From Eledone cirrhosa (lineage: Eukaryota): DNA of 64,000 nucleotides. Positions 1-12,697 of this stretch are shown here, piece by piece; the first letter of the stretch is position 1, and every line of letters begins with the position of its first letter. Below the pieces are notes generated by a model. That model saw only the letters and a program-made list of their open reading frames with translations. It was not told the DNA's origin and did no database searches. The stretch is from assembly GCA_964016885.1 (NCBI GenBank), contig OZ024741.1, positions 100,874,001 through 100,938,000 on the forward strand, written 5' to 3'. The position numbers and the translations under genes are program-made.

Positions 1-520
1 AATGATATATATATATATATATATATAAACCAAACATACAGACTTACATACACATTCACAGCATGAAGGAATGGACGTTAAATGGCAATGATATATATAT
101 ATATATATATAAACCAAACACACAGACTTACATACACATTCACAGCATGGAGGAATGGACGTTAAATGGCAATGATATATATATATATATATATGAACCA
201 AACACACAGACTTACATACACATTCACAGCATGGAGGAATGGACGTTAAACGGCAATGATATATATATATATATAAACCAAACATACAGACTTACATACA
301 CATTCACAGCATGGAGGAATGGACGTTAAACGGCAATGATATATATATATATATATATAAACCAAACATACAGACTTACATACACATTCACAGCATGGAG
401 GAATGGACGTTAAATGGCAATGATATATATATATATATATATAAACCAAACATACAGACTTACATACACATTCACAGCATGGAGGAATGGACGTTAAATG
501 GCAATGATATATATATATAT
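1..520 (+). repeat. ~84-bp tandem minisatellite (about 6 units, runs off the left edge) with a variable (TA)n spacer
   Basis: Units start at aatgat at about 1, 87, 171, 255, 335, 419 and 503. Unit = (TA)n-aaccaaacatacagacttacatacacattcaca-gcatggaggaatggacgttaaatggcaatga. Confidence 0.95.
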
Positions 521-682
521 CATCATCATCATCGTTTAACGTCCATCTTCCACGCTAGCATGGGTTTGGACGGGAATTTTCCCACTTGAGGCAAGATTAG
601 TTGTCTTGCTCGTATAGGACTGTCTGGCGGGTTTTCTACGGCTGGATGCCCTTCCTAACACCAACCACGTTTACAGTGTGGA
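521..682 (-). mobile_element. RTE-tailed SINE fragment with (GAT)n tail
   Basis: Reverse complement reads cacactgtaaacgtggttggtgttaggaagggcatccagccgtagaaa...gctagcgtggaagatggacgttaaacgatgatgatgatg. Related copies at about 8660-8830(-), 32310-32575(+), 43185-43450(-), 50500-50680(+), 56110-56410(+), 61560-61750(-). Confidence 0.75.
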
Positions 683-1661
683 ATATATATATATATAAAC
701 CAAATATATATATATATATATAAACCAAACATACAGACTTACAAACACATTCACAAGCTGATTTTAAACAGCATGTCTGTATGTATACAGCTGTTTCTTA
801 AAACACATAGGGTGCTGATATTAGTATGGATGTGCATGTAAGTGATGTCCTTAGAAAAGAGTAGGTATGGTATGACTGGGAAAAAGGAATATGTGCATCA
901 TGCCTAGAGCTGACTTGAAGCTTCACAACAATAGTATATGTTTTCAAATCTAACCAAAACATAATAACCAATCATTAAGAGCCACATCACTGTCATGCTC
1001 CATGCATCCGGTTTAAATAATAAATGGAAAAAACATATAGTAACCATAACGATAAAGCGATAGACTATTGATTGAGGGTCATGGGGTACTATTGAATTTT
1101 ATTGTTGTTGTTGTTGGACATCTCTAGTAAGTTCTAAATAAACATATAGTACAAAGATATATGTTGAAATAAAATATTCAGTCAATGACTCTAGCCATAG
1201 TCATTTAAATTTAATAGGGATGTTTTCAATGTTATGCAGAACAGTACTGGTGATCTGATGACTGCTAAGAAAATCAGTGTCTTACTCCTAAAGCAATATA
1301 CATTTATTCTATTTGCTTATGTAGTTCTAGCTGACCTCAAATGACTCCTCCTGAAAAAATGGTGTTTAACTGTAAAAACTATTGTGCCTACAGTATATTA
1401 TCAGTGGATTGGCTGTATCGGTGGAGCGTTGGACAGCATGCTTTATGGAATAGAGTTACGGCCCTTTACGATCTGTGTTCATATCCCGCCATGATTAACT
1501 TTGCATAATTGATTGGTATATAGTTTATCAGACCTTGGTGGGGATAAAAGGCAAAGTCAACCTCAGCCAAAAGAAAATAGAAGCAATACAAAAATAAGAT
1601 AAAAATATAAAAACAATTTTAACGATTTATACTTGAATTAAAACTGGAATTGAATATTTAC

Positions 1662-1861
1662 CTTTTTGGTGTCATATTAACATCCCACCGTTCCAAAAGG
1701 AACTGTTCCCCACCATGTTCGGCATTACTGTCGACAAACATGATATCGGTCTGTTGCTGGTTATGTCTGCATTTTGGAAATAGAAGTAGTTCTATACACA
1801 TAGGTATACTATTCTTCCAAAGTGTTTCCATATACATCTTGAATTTCTTTGCTTCACAACA
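1662..1861 (-). CDS. ATOSA: ATOSA/FAM214A orthologue, coding exon 3 (gene continues left of the window)
   Basis: Acceptor ttttcttccatttag, donor gtaaat, 200 nt, phase 0 consistent with the previous exon. Encodes CCEAKKFKMYMETLWKNSIPMCIELLLFPKC...QFLLERWDVNMTPK, matching FAM214A LWKNNLPIMVEVMLLP...LLLERW. Confidence 0.9.
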
Positions 1862-1919
1862 CTAAATGGAAGAAAAATAAAATCATTTAAGCTACAATTA
1901 AAATGATGGATCTGTATAT

Positions 1920-1971
<52 letters not shown>

Positions 1972-2891
1972 GCTGTCAGTGGAGAATCCACCTCGTCATT
2001 CTATAGAGGGCTGGTGGTTAGCAGGTGCGACGACGCCCTCGGAGAAGCCCTAGGCATGGAGGAAGACGAACTGGCCAACCTGTTCAGTAGGACATTCAGC
2101 CCGGGACCCATGGATAACTTCCAGAGGTCCCTGGCCTGGCAATGCTACAGCAGGGCTCTGCCCGTTCGAGAAAGGCTCTACAGACACGGGCGCCCGGGTA
2201 GGGACCCATCGAAAAAATCTGTCCCAGATGCGTGTGCGACGAGGAAACCGTTGCATACGCATTGGTACACTGCTCGGGCATTGCCGATCTGTGGGGCTAT
2301 GTCGAACAACTGCTGTCAAGGGTGGGACCGATCCGGTTGACCACCGAGTCTATTGTAACGATCAAGCCGCCTCCTCTCTTCAAAAACGAAGGAGAGGCGG
2401 TGTTTCTGTGCGTAATAGCCATGGCGAAAGAGGTTGTATGGTGGACGCGTCTGAAAGGACTGAGGTCAGACACCTTTCTCTCTGGCCAACAACTGGTCCG
2501 TTTCTTCCGATATCATTTCGGAAGAAGGATCAGGATGGAGAGAGAGGTGCTGCACCCCAGCCGTTTCTATGAAAGATGGGTGAAAGTGGTGAGAATGGCC
2601 CGTGTGAATGGGCCTTCACTCTACATCAGACTATAGGTGAGGAAGATGAAAGACCAAGGGAGCACCCCTTCTCTGTGCTCCTGAGGAGAAGGGTTGCACA
2701 CTTTTTTTTGGGGGGGGGGGTGCGACCCCCCTCTCTATTGAGGACTTTGTTATAAATTTTATTTTTTGTTATATTTTATTTTATTTTTATATATTGTTAT
2801 TGCTTCCTCCTTATTGAGGACGCCTTGTTTTGTAAACTTCCCCCATTGTACTTGTCCCACTTTTGATGCCCTGGTGGCAAATAAAAGAAAC
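1972..2891 (+). mobile_element. 5'-truncated L1/Tx1-clade LINE 3' end (zf-RVT region, one frameshift)
   Basis: RSLAWQCYSRALPVRERL, then a frameshift into KICPRCVCDEETVAYALVHC...LW (degenerate CCHC knuckle). Stop at 2636; 3'UTR ends in AATAAAAGAAA; flanked by (TCTA)n/(TA)n. Confidence 0.8.
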
Positions 2892-2898
2892 ATATCTA

Positions 2899-2975
<77 letters not shown>

Positions 2976-3162
2976 TGTAACGTGGTTGGTGTTCTGAAGA
3001 GCATCAAGCTGTAGAAATCAAGCCAGAATCAGTTCCCATCCCACTCTTGCAAGCAGGGAAAAGCGGACGTAAAATTAAATGAAATGAAAATATATATATA
3101 TATATACAAATATGAATATAGATATACATACAATATATATATATATATATAGAGAGAGAGAT

Positions 3163-3193
<31 letters not shown>

Positions 3194-4251
3194 TTGTACA
3201 GAGCTTGAAATTCCCCTTGCATTCTTTCCTGTCAGCTAGTATGCTGCCATTGAATGTAATAAGCTGAAATATTTGAGTATTTACTTAAGGACTTTGTGAG
3301 CATATTCCCCTTTTTTCTGTTGTCTGAAGAATCTCTTACTTTTTTTAGGGGCAAGAAAAGTAACTTGAACACAGAACAGAGGAGCTGAAATGAATACCAC
3401 AAAGCATCTAATTAGACACTTGAACAATTCTGTCCATTTACCACCTCTGGGTTGGTACCTTATTTATTAACTCCCCAAAAGGTTGAAAAGTATGCTGGCC
3501 TTGGTAGGATCTGAACTCAGAGTGCAGAGAGCCACAACAAGGACCAAGGTATTTAAACCGTTTCCCTAACAACAGCACCAATTCACCACCTAAAATCTGA
3601 ATGCAAAAAATACAATATTGTAAAATCACGATTGACACACAAATTCAACATCATCATCATTTAACGCTTGCATGGATTAGACGTAGTACCAGATTTAGGA
3701 CAAATGAGGCTTTGTTCTAGTTAAGTTATGAGGCCCCTTACTTGGGCTCTGAAGGAGGTAAAAAATTGTTTTGGTAGGAAGATGGGCCCCTTCCAAGGCC
3801 AATGGGACACTATTAAGCACACTTAAGCACAATGGTAAATCCAGCACTGATTAGATGGGTATTCAAGTTATGAGACAAGTTTCAAAGACCACGTCATGCT
3901 CAAATTCAAATTCTATAACATAAAAAATGTTAAACTATAAAAATCTAATTATTTTTTTTAATTAATTTTAATTTATATATACACATCTTTATTCATCCTT
4001 AAACCCCTATTTTGTTTATGAAAATAAAATATTTTAATTCTGTAATATTTGAAATTTTAATTCTTTTTTCCTCTAAATTTATAATCCTCCATTTATAAAC
4101 TACACTTACATATATATATATATGTATGTATGTATAGGTGAGTGAGTTTGTTTGCTTGCTTGCATTTTTATATGTTTGTGTGTACAAATACTAATATATA
4201 TTTGTATATAGATGTGTGTGTGTATGTATGTATGTGCATATACTAATATGG

Positions 4252-4463
4252 GTTCTAGTTTAGGCACAAGGCCAGCAATTTGGGGGGAGAGGGAAAGACG
4301 ATTATATTGATCCCAGTATGTTACTGGTATTTCATTTTATCAACCCCTATAAGGATGAAAGGCAAAGCTAACCTTGGCGGGATTTGAAGTCAGAATGTAA
4401 ATGGCTGTAACTATGCAACAAAGCATGGTGTCCGACTCTACCGACACTGCCAATCCACCATCC
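4252..4463 (-). mobile_element. tRNA-derived SINE, family A (Nin/Deu-like central domain)
   Basis: Reverse complement has a tRNA-like head (B-box ttcaaatccc), a ctttgcctttcatcctta-gggttgataaaatgaaataccag core and a gctggccttgtgcc tail. Partial copies at about 1404-1568, 5032-5160, 5750-5830, 35275-35405, 51430-51638, 52470-52622, 56600-56800. Confidence 0.8.
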
Positions 4464-4619
4464 ATGTTGCATATACATATAAATAGACATGTATAAATGT
4501 GTGTTTGCATCTATATGAGCATGTGTGTGTGTGTGTGTGTGTATTCATGTGTGTGCACATGCATATGTGTTACAGAGATAAATATACACATGATTGTGTG
4601 TTTTAAAAGGTCTACTCAC

Positions 4620-4798
4620 CCTGATGTCCTGATAATCACAGACATGCTTATTTTCCTTCGGGAACTGAGGACAGTGTGGCCCCTCAATTCTTCCTTTTGC
4701 TGACAACTCAGGTAAACGAGCTTCAACAATTAGCATCCCTATTGTTACAAACAACTCTCGAGGATCCCAGTCTTCATCCTCCATGTTCTGCTGGAGAT
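4620..4798 (-). CDS. ATOSA: ATOSA/FAM214A orthologue, coding exon 2
   Basis: Acceptor ttctctttgtttgcag, donor gtgagt, 179 nt. Encodes DLQQNMEDEDWDPRELFVTIGMLIVEARLPELSAKGRIEGPHCPQFPKENKHVCDYQDIR, similar to the recalled FAM214A N-terminus (EEFLVSLALLITEGRTPECSVKGRTESFHCP). Confidence 0.9.
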
Positions 4799-6339
4799 CT
4801 GCAAACAAAGAGAACACTTATAAAGATCTTTATAATAACAGATTAGCAGAAGGAGGAGGCAGACAAGAAATCTATGTAGACTGCAAGCATTTATAAATCT
4901 ATTCCTTTTACTATATATATTTAATGATCTGTATAATACCAGATCGGCAGAAAAGGGTGGTGGTGACAGACAAGATGGCTATGCAGAGAGCAAGCATTAT
5001 AAGTCTGTTTCTTATACTATATAAATAACTTTGGCAAATTGGCAGAAATGTTAAAGTATCAGATTAAATGCTTTAGGATTTGTTATCGAGTTCAAATTCT
5101 GCTGAGGTCAGCTTTTCCCTTTATCCCTTCAGTGTTGATAAATAAAGAACCAATTTCAGAGGCAAATGGATTGGTAGAATTGATAAAATGCTTTGCAGCA
5201 TCTGTTCTGGCTCTGTAAATAAGTGTTCAAATCTCTCTTCATGTCTCCAGGAGTTGTGACTGGCAGATAGGATGAACACTGGAAAGATAAAATTGATACA
5301 TAGTTTCCTTGGTCCAATTTGACAATCAGCTTCTTTCCTTTTTATAAGTAACTTTAGCAACAATATCAGCATGAGCCAATAAAGAAGCAGCATCAACACT
5401 GTCACTGCTAGAGATAACAGTGAAATTTCCTTCAAATCACCCCTAGTACTGCCTCAAAAAAGAAGCTTATTAGTCCTTAGTATCCCCATGCAGCACTGCA
5501 TATTGATTCATTAACATCTACCATGTTTGCTTCCAATCCACAGAATGTTTTCTTGATTACTTTTGGGTGGTTTCTGTAACAAGCTATTTTTTTTTTCTTC
5601 TGAGAAGAGGCTGTTAGCCCCTAACTCAAATCTCCTCTTTTATCTGAGTCCTTATCACCAGCTGGCATTTTCATTTGAAGGACAATAACCAGATAGAGAT
5701 CAGCCAATTATGAAAGAAAGAAAGAAGATAGAGAGAATCAACCCCAGAGTTTGACTGGTATTTTATATTAACCCCAGATGTATGGAAAGCAAAGTCAACT
5801 TCTGCAAGATTTGAAATCTGAATGCCCAGGCCTGGAATAAATAGTACAAAACATTTGTCCAAACTTTGAAAGCCTTGAGCCTCTATTCACCTTGTACTAC
5901 TACATTCTATGTCCAATCTATAATATCATAGTATATTATCTGTCCTCTCTGATAACATACAATGACCTTGTTCAACTATAATAATCTACATATGTATTTT
6001 ATCTCCCACTACTAAAACATACTGTGTACTCTTACTACCACTAGTAAAACATATTGTGTACTTTCTCTACTGCTACTGATAACATACTGTGTACTATTTC
6101 TATAACTACTAATAACATTACCATATGTTATTTTTTTCTCCCACTAATATAACATATTATATCTTCACCCTTCCACCACTATATATTCTCAAAATCCTTG
6201 TTTTACCATTATAATAATATTATGTACTATTTGTACTATCACTATAACTTAACTGATGTCCATCTACCATCCTTATAACTTATTATGTAATCTTTCTACC
6301 ACAATACTCCTATAATATACTATACCCTACCTCTCACCC

Positions 6340-6674
6340 CACAAGAAAGACCCTCTTCATTCAAAGATGACTCTGCGTTTTGCACCCAGAAATTTCCCCT
6401 TCAAGGCACAAGCCTGAGCAAGGTGTTTTTGTGGAAGACCAGCAATGGCCCATGCATACCAGTCTCCCCTCTACAGGCCACAGATGTTGACCAAGGGAAA
6501 AGCAAAGGCTGATACAGCTTGGCACCACTGACATCATCATTCATTTCTCCAGCTGAGTAAACTGGAGCAATGTGAAATAAAGTGTCTTGCTCAAGGACAC
6601 ACTGCTCTGCCCAGTCCAGGAATCAAACTCACAAACACCTGATTGTGAATCCAACACTCTAACCACTAAGCCAC
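6340..6674 (-). mobile_element. tRNA-derived SINE, family B (CORE-like domain)
   Basis: Reverse complement: tggcttagtggttagagtg...gtgagtttgattcctggac...gtgtccttgagcaagacactttatttcacattgctccagtttactcagctg. Related copies at 46620-46778 and 57640-57790. Confidence 0.7.
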
Positions 6675-7811
6675 TATAAGATACTGCTTCTGCATTTTTG
6701 TTCTACTACTATTATAATATAGTATGTCCTACCTCTCACCCATATATAAGATACTGTTCTCCCACTTCTCTCTTCTATGATTACTGTCAGACTTCAAGAA
6801 GTTTGTAAGTTAAAAAAGGTTTGTATTCTGTGGAAGATTCAGGAGAGATTAAAAAAAGTCCACATCTCCCTATCACATTCAAACTTATTTAAATTAAGGA
6901 ACTGTATGATACAATTTTTGTTAACACTGATCACCATCAATTTTTATTTATTTTTTTTACTGGAAGTTAATAAAATCTTTACACCCATGACTTGCAATGG
7001 AGTGTAACTTGGTAGTATGTACCAAGCTTTTGTTAAGGGTTTTAGGTGCCTATGCAGTTACAAGCAGACACAGACACCCTCTCATTTCATGATTCAGTGG
7101 AACATCAGGTAGAAGGGAAGAGAGCAGCACTGGGTTGATACTTTCTTTATCAATACAAAAATTATGCAATGCTAAGTGAACCTCGATAGGATTTTAACTC
7201 AACACACAGAGACCCAAAACAAATATCCAACTTTCTAACATCTCTGCCAAATCAATCACCTTACAATAAAAAAGGTAGGAACATATTTATAAGGGTGAAA
7301 AGGTGGAAGCAGACTGGCTGATAGAAGATAATAGCTCTCCAGCAGTCACCACTGTCACACACAATCTTCTCTCTCCCTCTATCTATCTATCAATCTAAAT
7401 ATCTATCTATCTATATCGCTCTATACTTCTACTATAAGATAGGTCTGTTAGGATTTATAACCAGTGCACACATTGAAATAAATTTGAACCAGAAAACATG
7501 AGCCAGTAGATAATTTAATAATTATAGACATTTAAGGAAAGCTTAATTAATTAGCACTAACTAACATATATCAGTTAGTGTATGGGTACATTACGTAAAA
7601 GAAAATGCTTCATAATATAGTAATAAAATTAGCTCTTTCACCTCTCGTACTCTGTGTGTGTGTGTGTGTGTGTGCGTGTGCGTGTGTGTGCGTGTGCGTG
7701 TGTGTGCGTGCGTGTGTGTGCGTGCGTGCGCGCTTGCGTGTGTGTGCGTGCGCGCTTGCGTGTGTGTGCGTGCGTGCTTGCGTGCGCACGTGTATACAGG
7801 GTGTCCCCAAA

Positions 7812-8156
7812 AATGTATGCAGATGATTTAACTCTTATAGCTGAATCTATGGCAGAATTAGGGAAGAAATTACAAATCTGGAAGCATGGCCTAGAATCAA
7901 AAGTTATTAAAGTTAATTTGTCAAAGACTAAAGTCCTAGTATGTAGAAACGAAAACAGGACTCAAATTCACTCAGGAAAATGACCTTGCTCAGTGTGCAG
8001 GAAAGGAGTAGGTAGAAATTCCATCCAATGTCCCAAATGCAAGCTATGGGATCACAGGCATGCTATCAAAGAAGGTAGCTTTTATATGCAGCAGATGCAC
8101 AGGTGCAGTAAGTAGCAAGAGCCCACAGGATACTAGCTCCTTCGAATGCCCAGATA
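7812..8156 (+). mobile_element. RTE-clade LINE internal fragment (RT YADD region and Cys cluster), decayed
   Basis: [43 protein letters not shown], then a stop and PCSVCRKGVGRNSIQCPKCKLW. Confidence 0.8.
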
Positions 8157-8234
8157 GATATGCATATATATATATATATACATAACATATATATATATAT
8201 ATATATATTATACACATATACATACATATATATA

Positions 8235-8331
8235 TATTTCGTTTTTGTATTGGTTTTACAAGATTTCTTATCTGAAAACATGTGTTGAAACAGATATTGT
8301 TATACTTTGGGAGGATCATGCTGCCAATAAA
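8235..8331. repeat. Short TIR-type element inserted in (TA)n; same family as the islands in the large array
   Basis: The reverse complement of 8294-8330 matches the island sequence ttattggcaacatgaccctcccaaagtataacaatat at 35/37 nt. Its start, tatttcgtttttgtattgg, resembles the island start tatttcgtttcttattgg. Confidence 0.7.
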
Positions 8332-8622
8332 ACACACACACCTGTTGATTTTCATATCAATTTATTATAAACTCCCAGTCGGTTAGTTTAATAACCGGGT
8401 GGTTGTTTAGTTGTTGATTGTCAAAGCTCTTTCCTCACACATTCTGTAACCTCCTCAGTAACTACCTTTCATGCTATTTTGTGTCTCTCCTAAAAACAAG
8501 ATGATGTAGGACAAAACAAAGGAGAAACAGAAAATAAATGTAGTCACCGAGGAGGTCACAGAATGTGTGATGAAAGAGCTTTGACACTTCTGACACTCAA
8601 CAACTAAACAAACATCCGGTTG

Positions 8623-8657
<35 letters not shown>

Positions 8658-9134
8658 GCATCATTATCATCTCCATTTAGCATCCATTGGTTAGACGGGT
8701 CATCCACGTTGGGGGCACAAGTCTAGCAAAAAACTGGCCACACCGTACCTTGCTACAACAGGACTGCAAATTTGGCCAGGGATTTTACAGGTGGATGCCT
8801 TTCCTAACACAAACCATATTTACAGTATATATATATATGATGTGTGAATGTATATATATACATCATCGTCATAATCATTTAACATATAGTGTAGGTATGC
8901 ATTTATATATATATATATGTGTGTGTAAGCACACATATATGTATGCATGTATATACACATTGGTGCAGTTACCCACACTGTATGTTCTCAGTTACCCACA
9001 CCGTATGTATACAGATATAACCTATATATATATATATATATATATAACATGAATGGACCTGTCATTTCTATCTAAAGACATTTTTTCCAATTCCATCCCG
9101 CCCATCCCCTCAATCTATCTTATTTCTCATTCTT

Positions 9135-9170
9135 TCTTCTGATGAAGGACTAGCGTCCGAAACATTAAGA
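9135..9170 (+). ncRNA. Minimal type I hammerhead ribozyme motif (Penelope-like-element type)
   Basis: TCTT-CTGATGA-A-GGAC-tagc-GTCC-GAAA-CATT-AAGA: intact core, 4-bp stem II, stem I TCTT/AAGA. Stem III palindrome AACGTT appears decayed to AACATT. Confidence 0.7.
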
Positions 9171-9340
9171 CCCTCTTACTGCTATATCAAGCGTTAACCT
9201 AATATATCCCTTCCATATACTGTACCGATGTGTTGTTATTTCTGTTTATCTTTATAAGCAAAGAAATATTTAATTTGTTGGTTATTCAACAAATTTATTT
9301 ATAATAGATTCAAAGCACTCTACAAATTTTATGGAGTATA

Positions 9341-9590
9341 ATATCAATGATATTAATAAATGGAAACTATATTTATAAAACCATACTTATTTTATTATAT
9401 ATATTTCAAGGGTACCAAAATTTTGGTACGCCCTCATCAGATAAAATACAAAATTTGTTTTATAAATGTTACAAATGATACAAATTTTGTATTTTATCTG
9501 ATGGGGCGTACCAAAATTTTGGTACCCTTGAAATATATATAATAAAATAAATATGGTTTTATAAATATAGTTTCCATTTATTAATATCAT

Positions 9591-9596
<6 letters not shown>
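9341..9596. repeat. Near-perfect ~256-bp palindrome (~118-bp arms, 21-nt loop)
   Basis: 9341-9458 is the reverse complement of 9480-9596 with about 1 substitution and 1 indel; abuts (TA)n on the right. Confidence 0.95.
9388..9448 (-). ncRNA. Type I hammerhead ribozyme in the left palindrome arm
   Basis: Minus strand: TATTTTAT-CTGATGA-GGGCGTACCAA(AATT)TTGGTACCCTT-GAAA-TATATATA-ATAAAATA. Perfect 8-bp stem I, long stem II, short self-complementary stem III, AUA cleavage triplet. Confidence 0.75.
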
Positions 9597-9638
<42 letters not shown>

Positions 9639-10413
9639 GCATGTATAAATTTAGAATAAGAGATGTCATTTTACAGTATTTTGGTAACAAGGTGGATGTT
9701 TATTATCAGACAATGTGATTAAGATATGGAGAACGACCGTGTATTGGTGACGGTATCTGCTATGTGTCGTGGTAATGACGATAAAAGGGTATTTTTAACA
9801 ACAATAACAGAAAACATACACCTGCTAGAAATAGCAGCTAAATCTTTCTCAGCTTATACCCTAGCTTTTTACAAAGGGGGGTGAGACATTATATAATGCA
9901 ATTAGTGACACGACAATATTAGAGAGAAGAGAGTACTCTGGACACGGCTGGAACGACTTTGATGCGTCTGCCTCATTAGGGCTGGTCTATGGCTAAATAA
10001 TGATAACAGTAGTAAACAACAATCACAACAATAACAACAGCAGCAATCGTGTAAAGGGAACAAGTAGTGGGAGGAGAAGGTACAGCACTAGAAAGGTTTC
10101 TATATTTAGAAGACCCGAATGTCCCAGTTGCCTCTCACTGCCACCCCAACACCCTCTCTCTCTCTCTCTCTAACGTATCACACAGCATCTATTGTGTTTA
10201 CACTCGCATATACTGGCACAGATCAATAACTACCTCTCTATAGAAGCACCACCACCACCATTTGCCTAACAAAGGCACGTGTGTTTCAGACACACAATAT
10301 TACATGAATACATTACCCTCTTTATGCACTCTCACATGCATATATTGACACACATTCAAATATTTACACTGGCACAAATGTACCATATTGAGTCCGTTCA
10401 ATAGTACGTACAC

Positions 10414-10435
10414 TATATATATATATAATATATAT

Positions 10436-10468
<33 letters not shown>

Positions 10469-10475
10469 GATATAT

Positions 10476-10519
<44 letters not shown>

Positions 10520-10598
10520 TATATAATATATATATAATATATTATATATATAAATAATATATATAATATAATATATATAATATATATATATATAATAT

Positions 10599-10668
<70 letters not shown>

Positions 10669-10689
10669 ATATATATATATATAATATAT

Positions 10690-10733
<44 letters not shown>

Positions 10734-10758
10734 TATATATAATATATATATTATATAT

Positions 10759-10808
<50 letters not shown>

Positions 10809-10828
10809 ATATATATATATAATATTAT

Positions 10829-10875
<47 letters not shown>

Positions 10876-10877
10876 TA

Positions 10878-10929
<52 letters not shown>

Positions 10930-10986
10930 TATATATACATATAATATATATATATAATATATATATAATATATATATTATATATAT

Positions 10987-11032
<46 letters not shown>

Positions 11033-11220
11033 TATATATTATATATATATAATATATATATATATATAATATAATATATATATATATATATATAAATATA
11101 TATATAATATATTATATATAATATAATATATATATATAATAATATATATATAATATATATATATAATATATATATATATATAATATATATATATAATATA
11201 TATATAATATATATATAATA

Positions 11221-11252
<32 letters not shown>

Positions 11253-11391
11253 ATATATATATATTATATATATATATTATATATATATATAATATATATA
11301 TATTGTATATATTATATATTATATTATAATATATATATATATTGTATATATATATATTATATATTATATATATAATATATATATTATATAT

Positions 11392-11474
<83 letters not shown>

Positions 11475-11566
11475 TATATATAATATATATATATAATATA
11501 TATATATATAATATATAATATAATATATATATATAATATATATATATATATATAATATAATATATA

Positions 11567-11617
<51 letters not shown>

Positions 11618-11792
11618 TATATAATATATATATATATAATATATATATATTATATATATTAATATATATATATATATAATATATATATTATATATATATA
11701 TAATATTATAATATATATATATATATTATTATATATTATATATATATATATATATATAATATATATAATATATTAGTATATATATATATATT

Positions 11793-11823
<31 letters not shown>

Positions 11824-11972
11824 TATATATATAATAATATAATATAATATATATAATATATATATAATATAATATATAAATTATATAAATATATATATAA
11901 TATATATATAATAATATATAATATTAAATTATAATATATATAATATATATATAATATAATATAGATAATAAT

Positions 11973-12008
<36 letters not shown>

Positions 12009-12009
12009 T

Positions 12010-12054
<45 letters not shown>

Positions 12055-12391
12055 ATATATTATATATATATTATAATATATATATATAATATATATATAA
12101 ATATATAATATAATTATATATATATAATATATATAAATATATATATATATAATATATATATAATATATATATATATATAATATAATATATATTATATAAT
12201 AATATATATATTATATATATATAATATATTATAATATAATATATATATATATAATATTATAATATATATATATATAATATATATATAATATAATATATAT
12301 TAATATATATATAATATATATATAATATATAATATATATATATAATATTATATATATATATATAATATATTTATATATATATATATATATA

Positions 12392-12443
<52 letters not shown>

Positions 12444-12461
12444 ATATATTATATATATAAT

Positions 12462-12493
<32 letters not shown>

Positions 12494-12654
12494 ATATAAT
12501 ATATTATAATATATATTATAATATATATATATATATTAATATATATATATAATATATATATATATATAATATATATATAATATATATATTAATATATAAT
12601 ATATATATAATATATATATAATATATTATATATATAATATATATATAATATAAT

Positions 12655-12697
<43 letters not shown>

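Noticed and set aside
63-589. ORFs with a repeated MEEWTLNGND peptide
   Set aside because: Translation of the 84-bp minisatellite; the frame is broken by (TA)n length changes.
7795-7812. TA-cagggtgtccccaaaa Tc1/mariner-like TIR end
   Set aside because: No matching second TIR found nearby.
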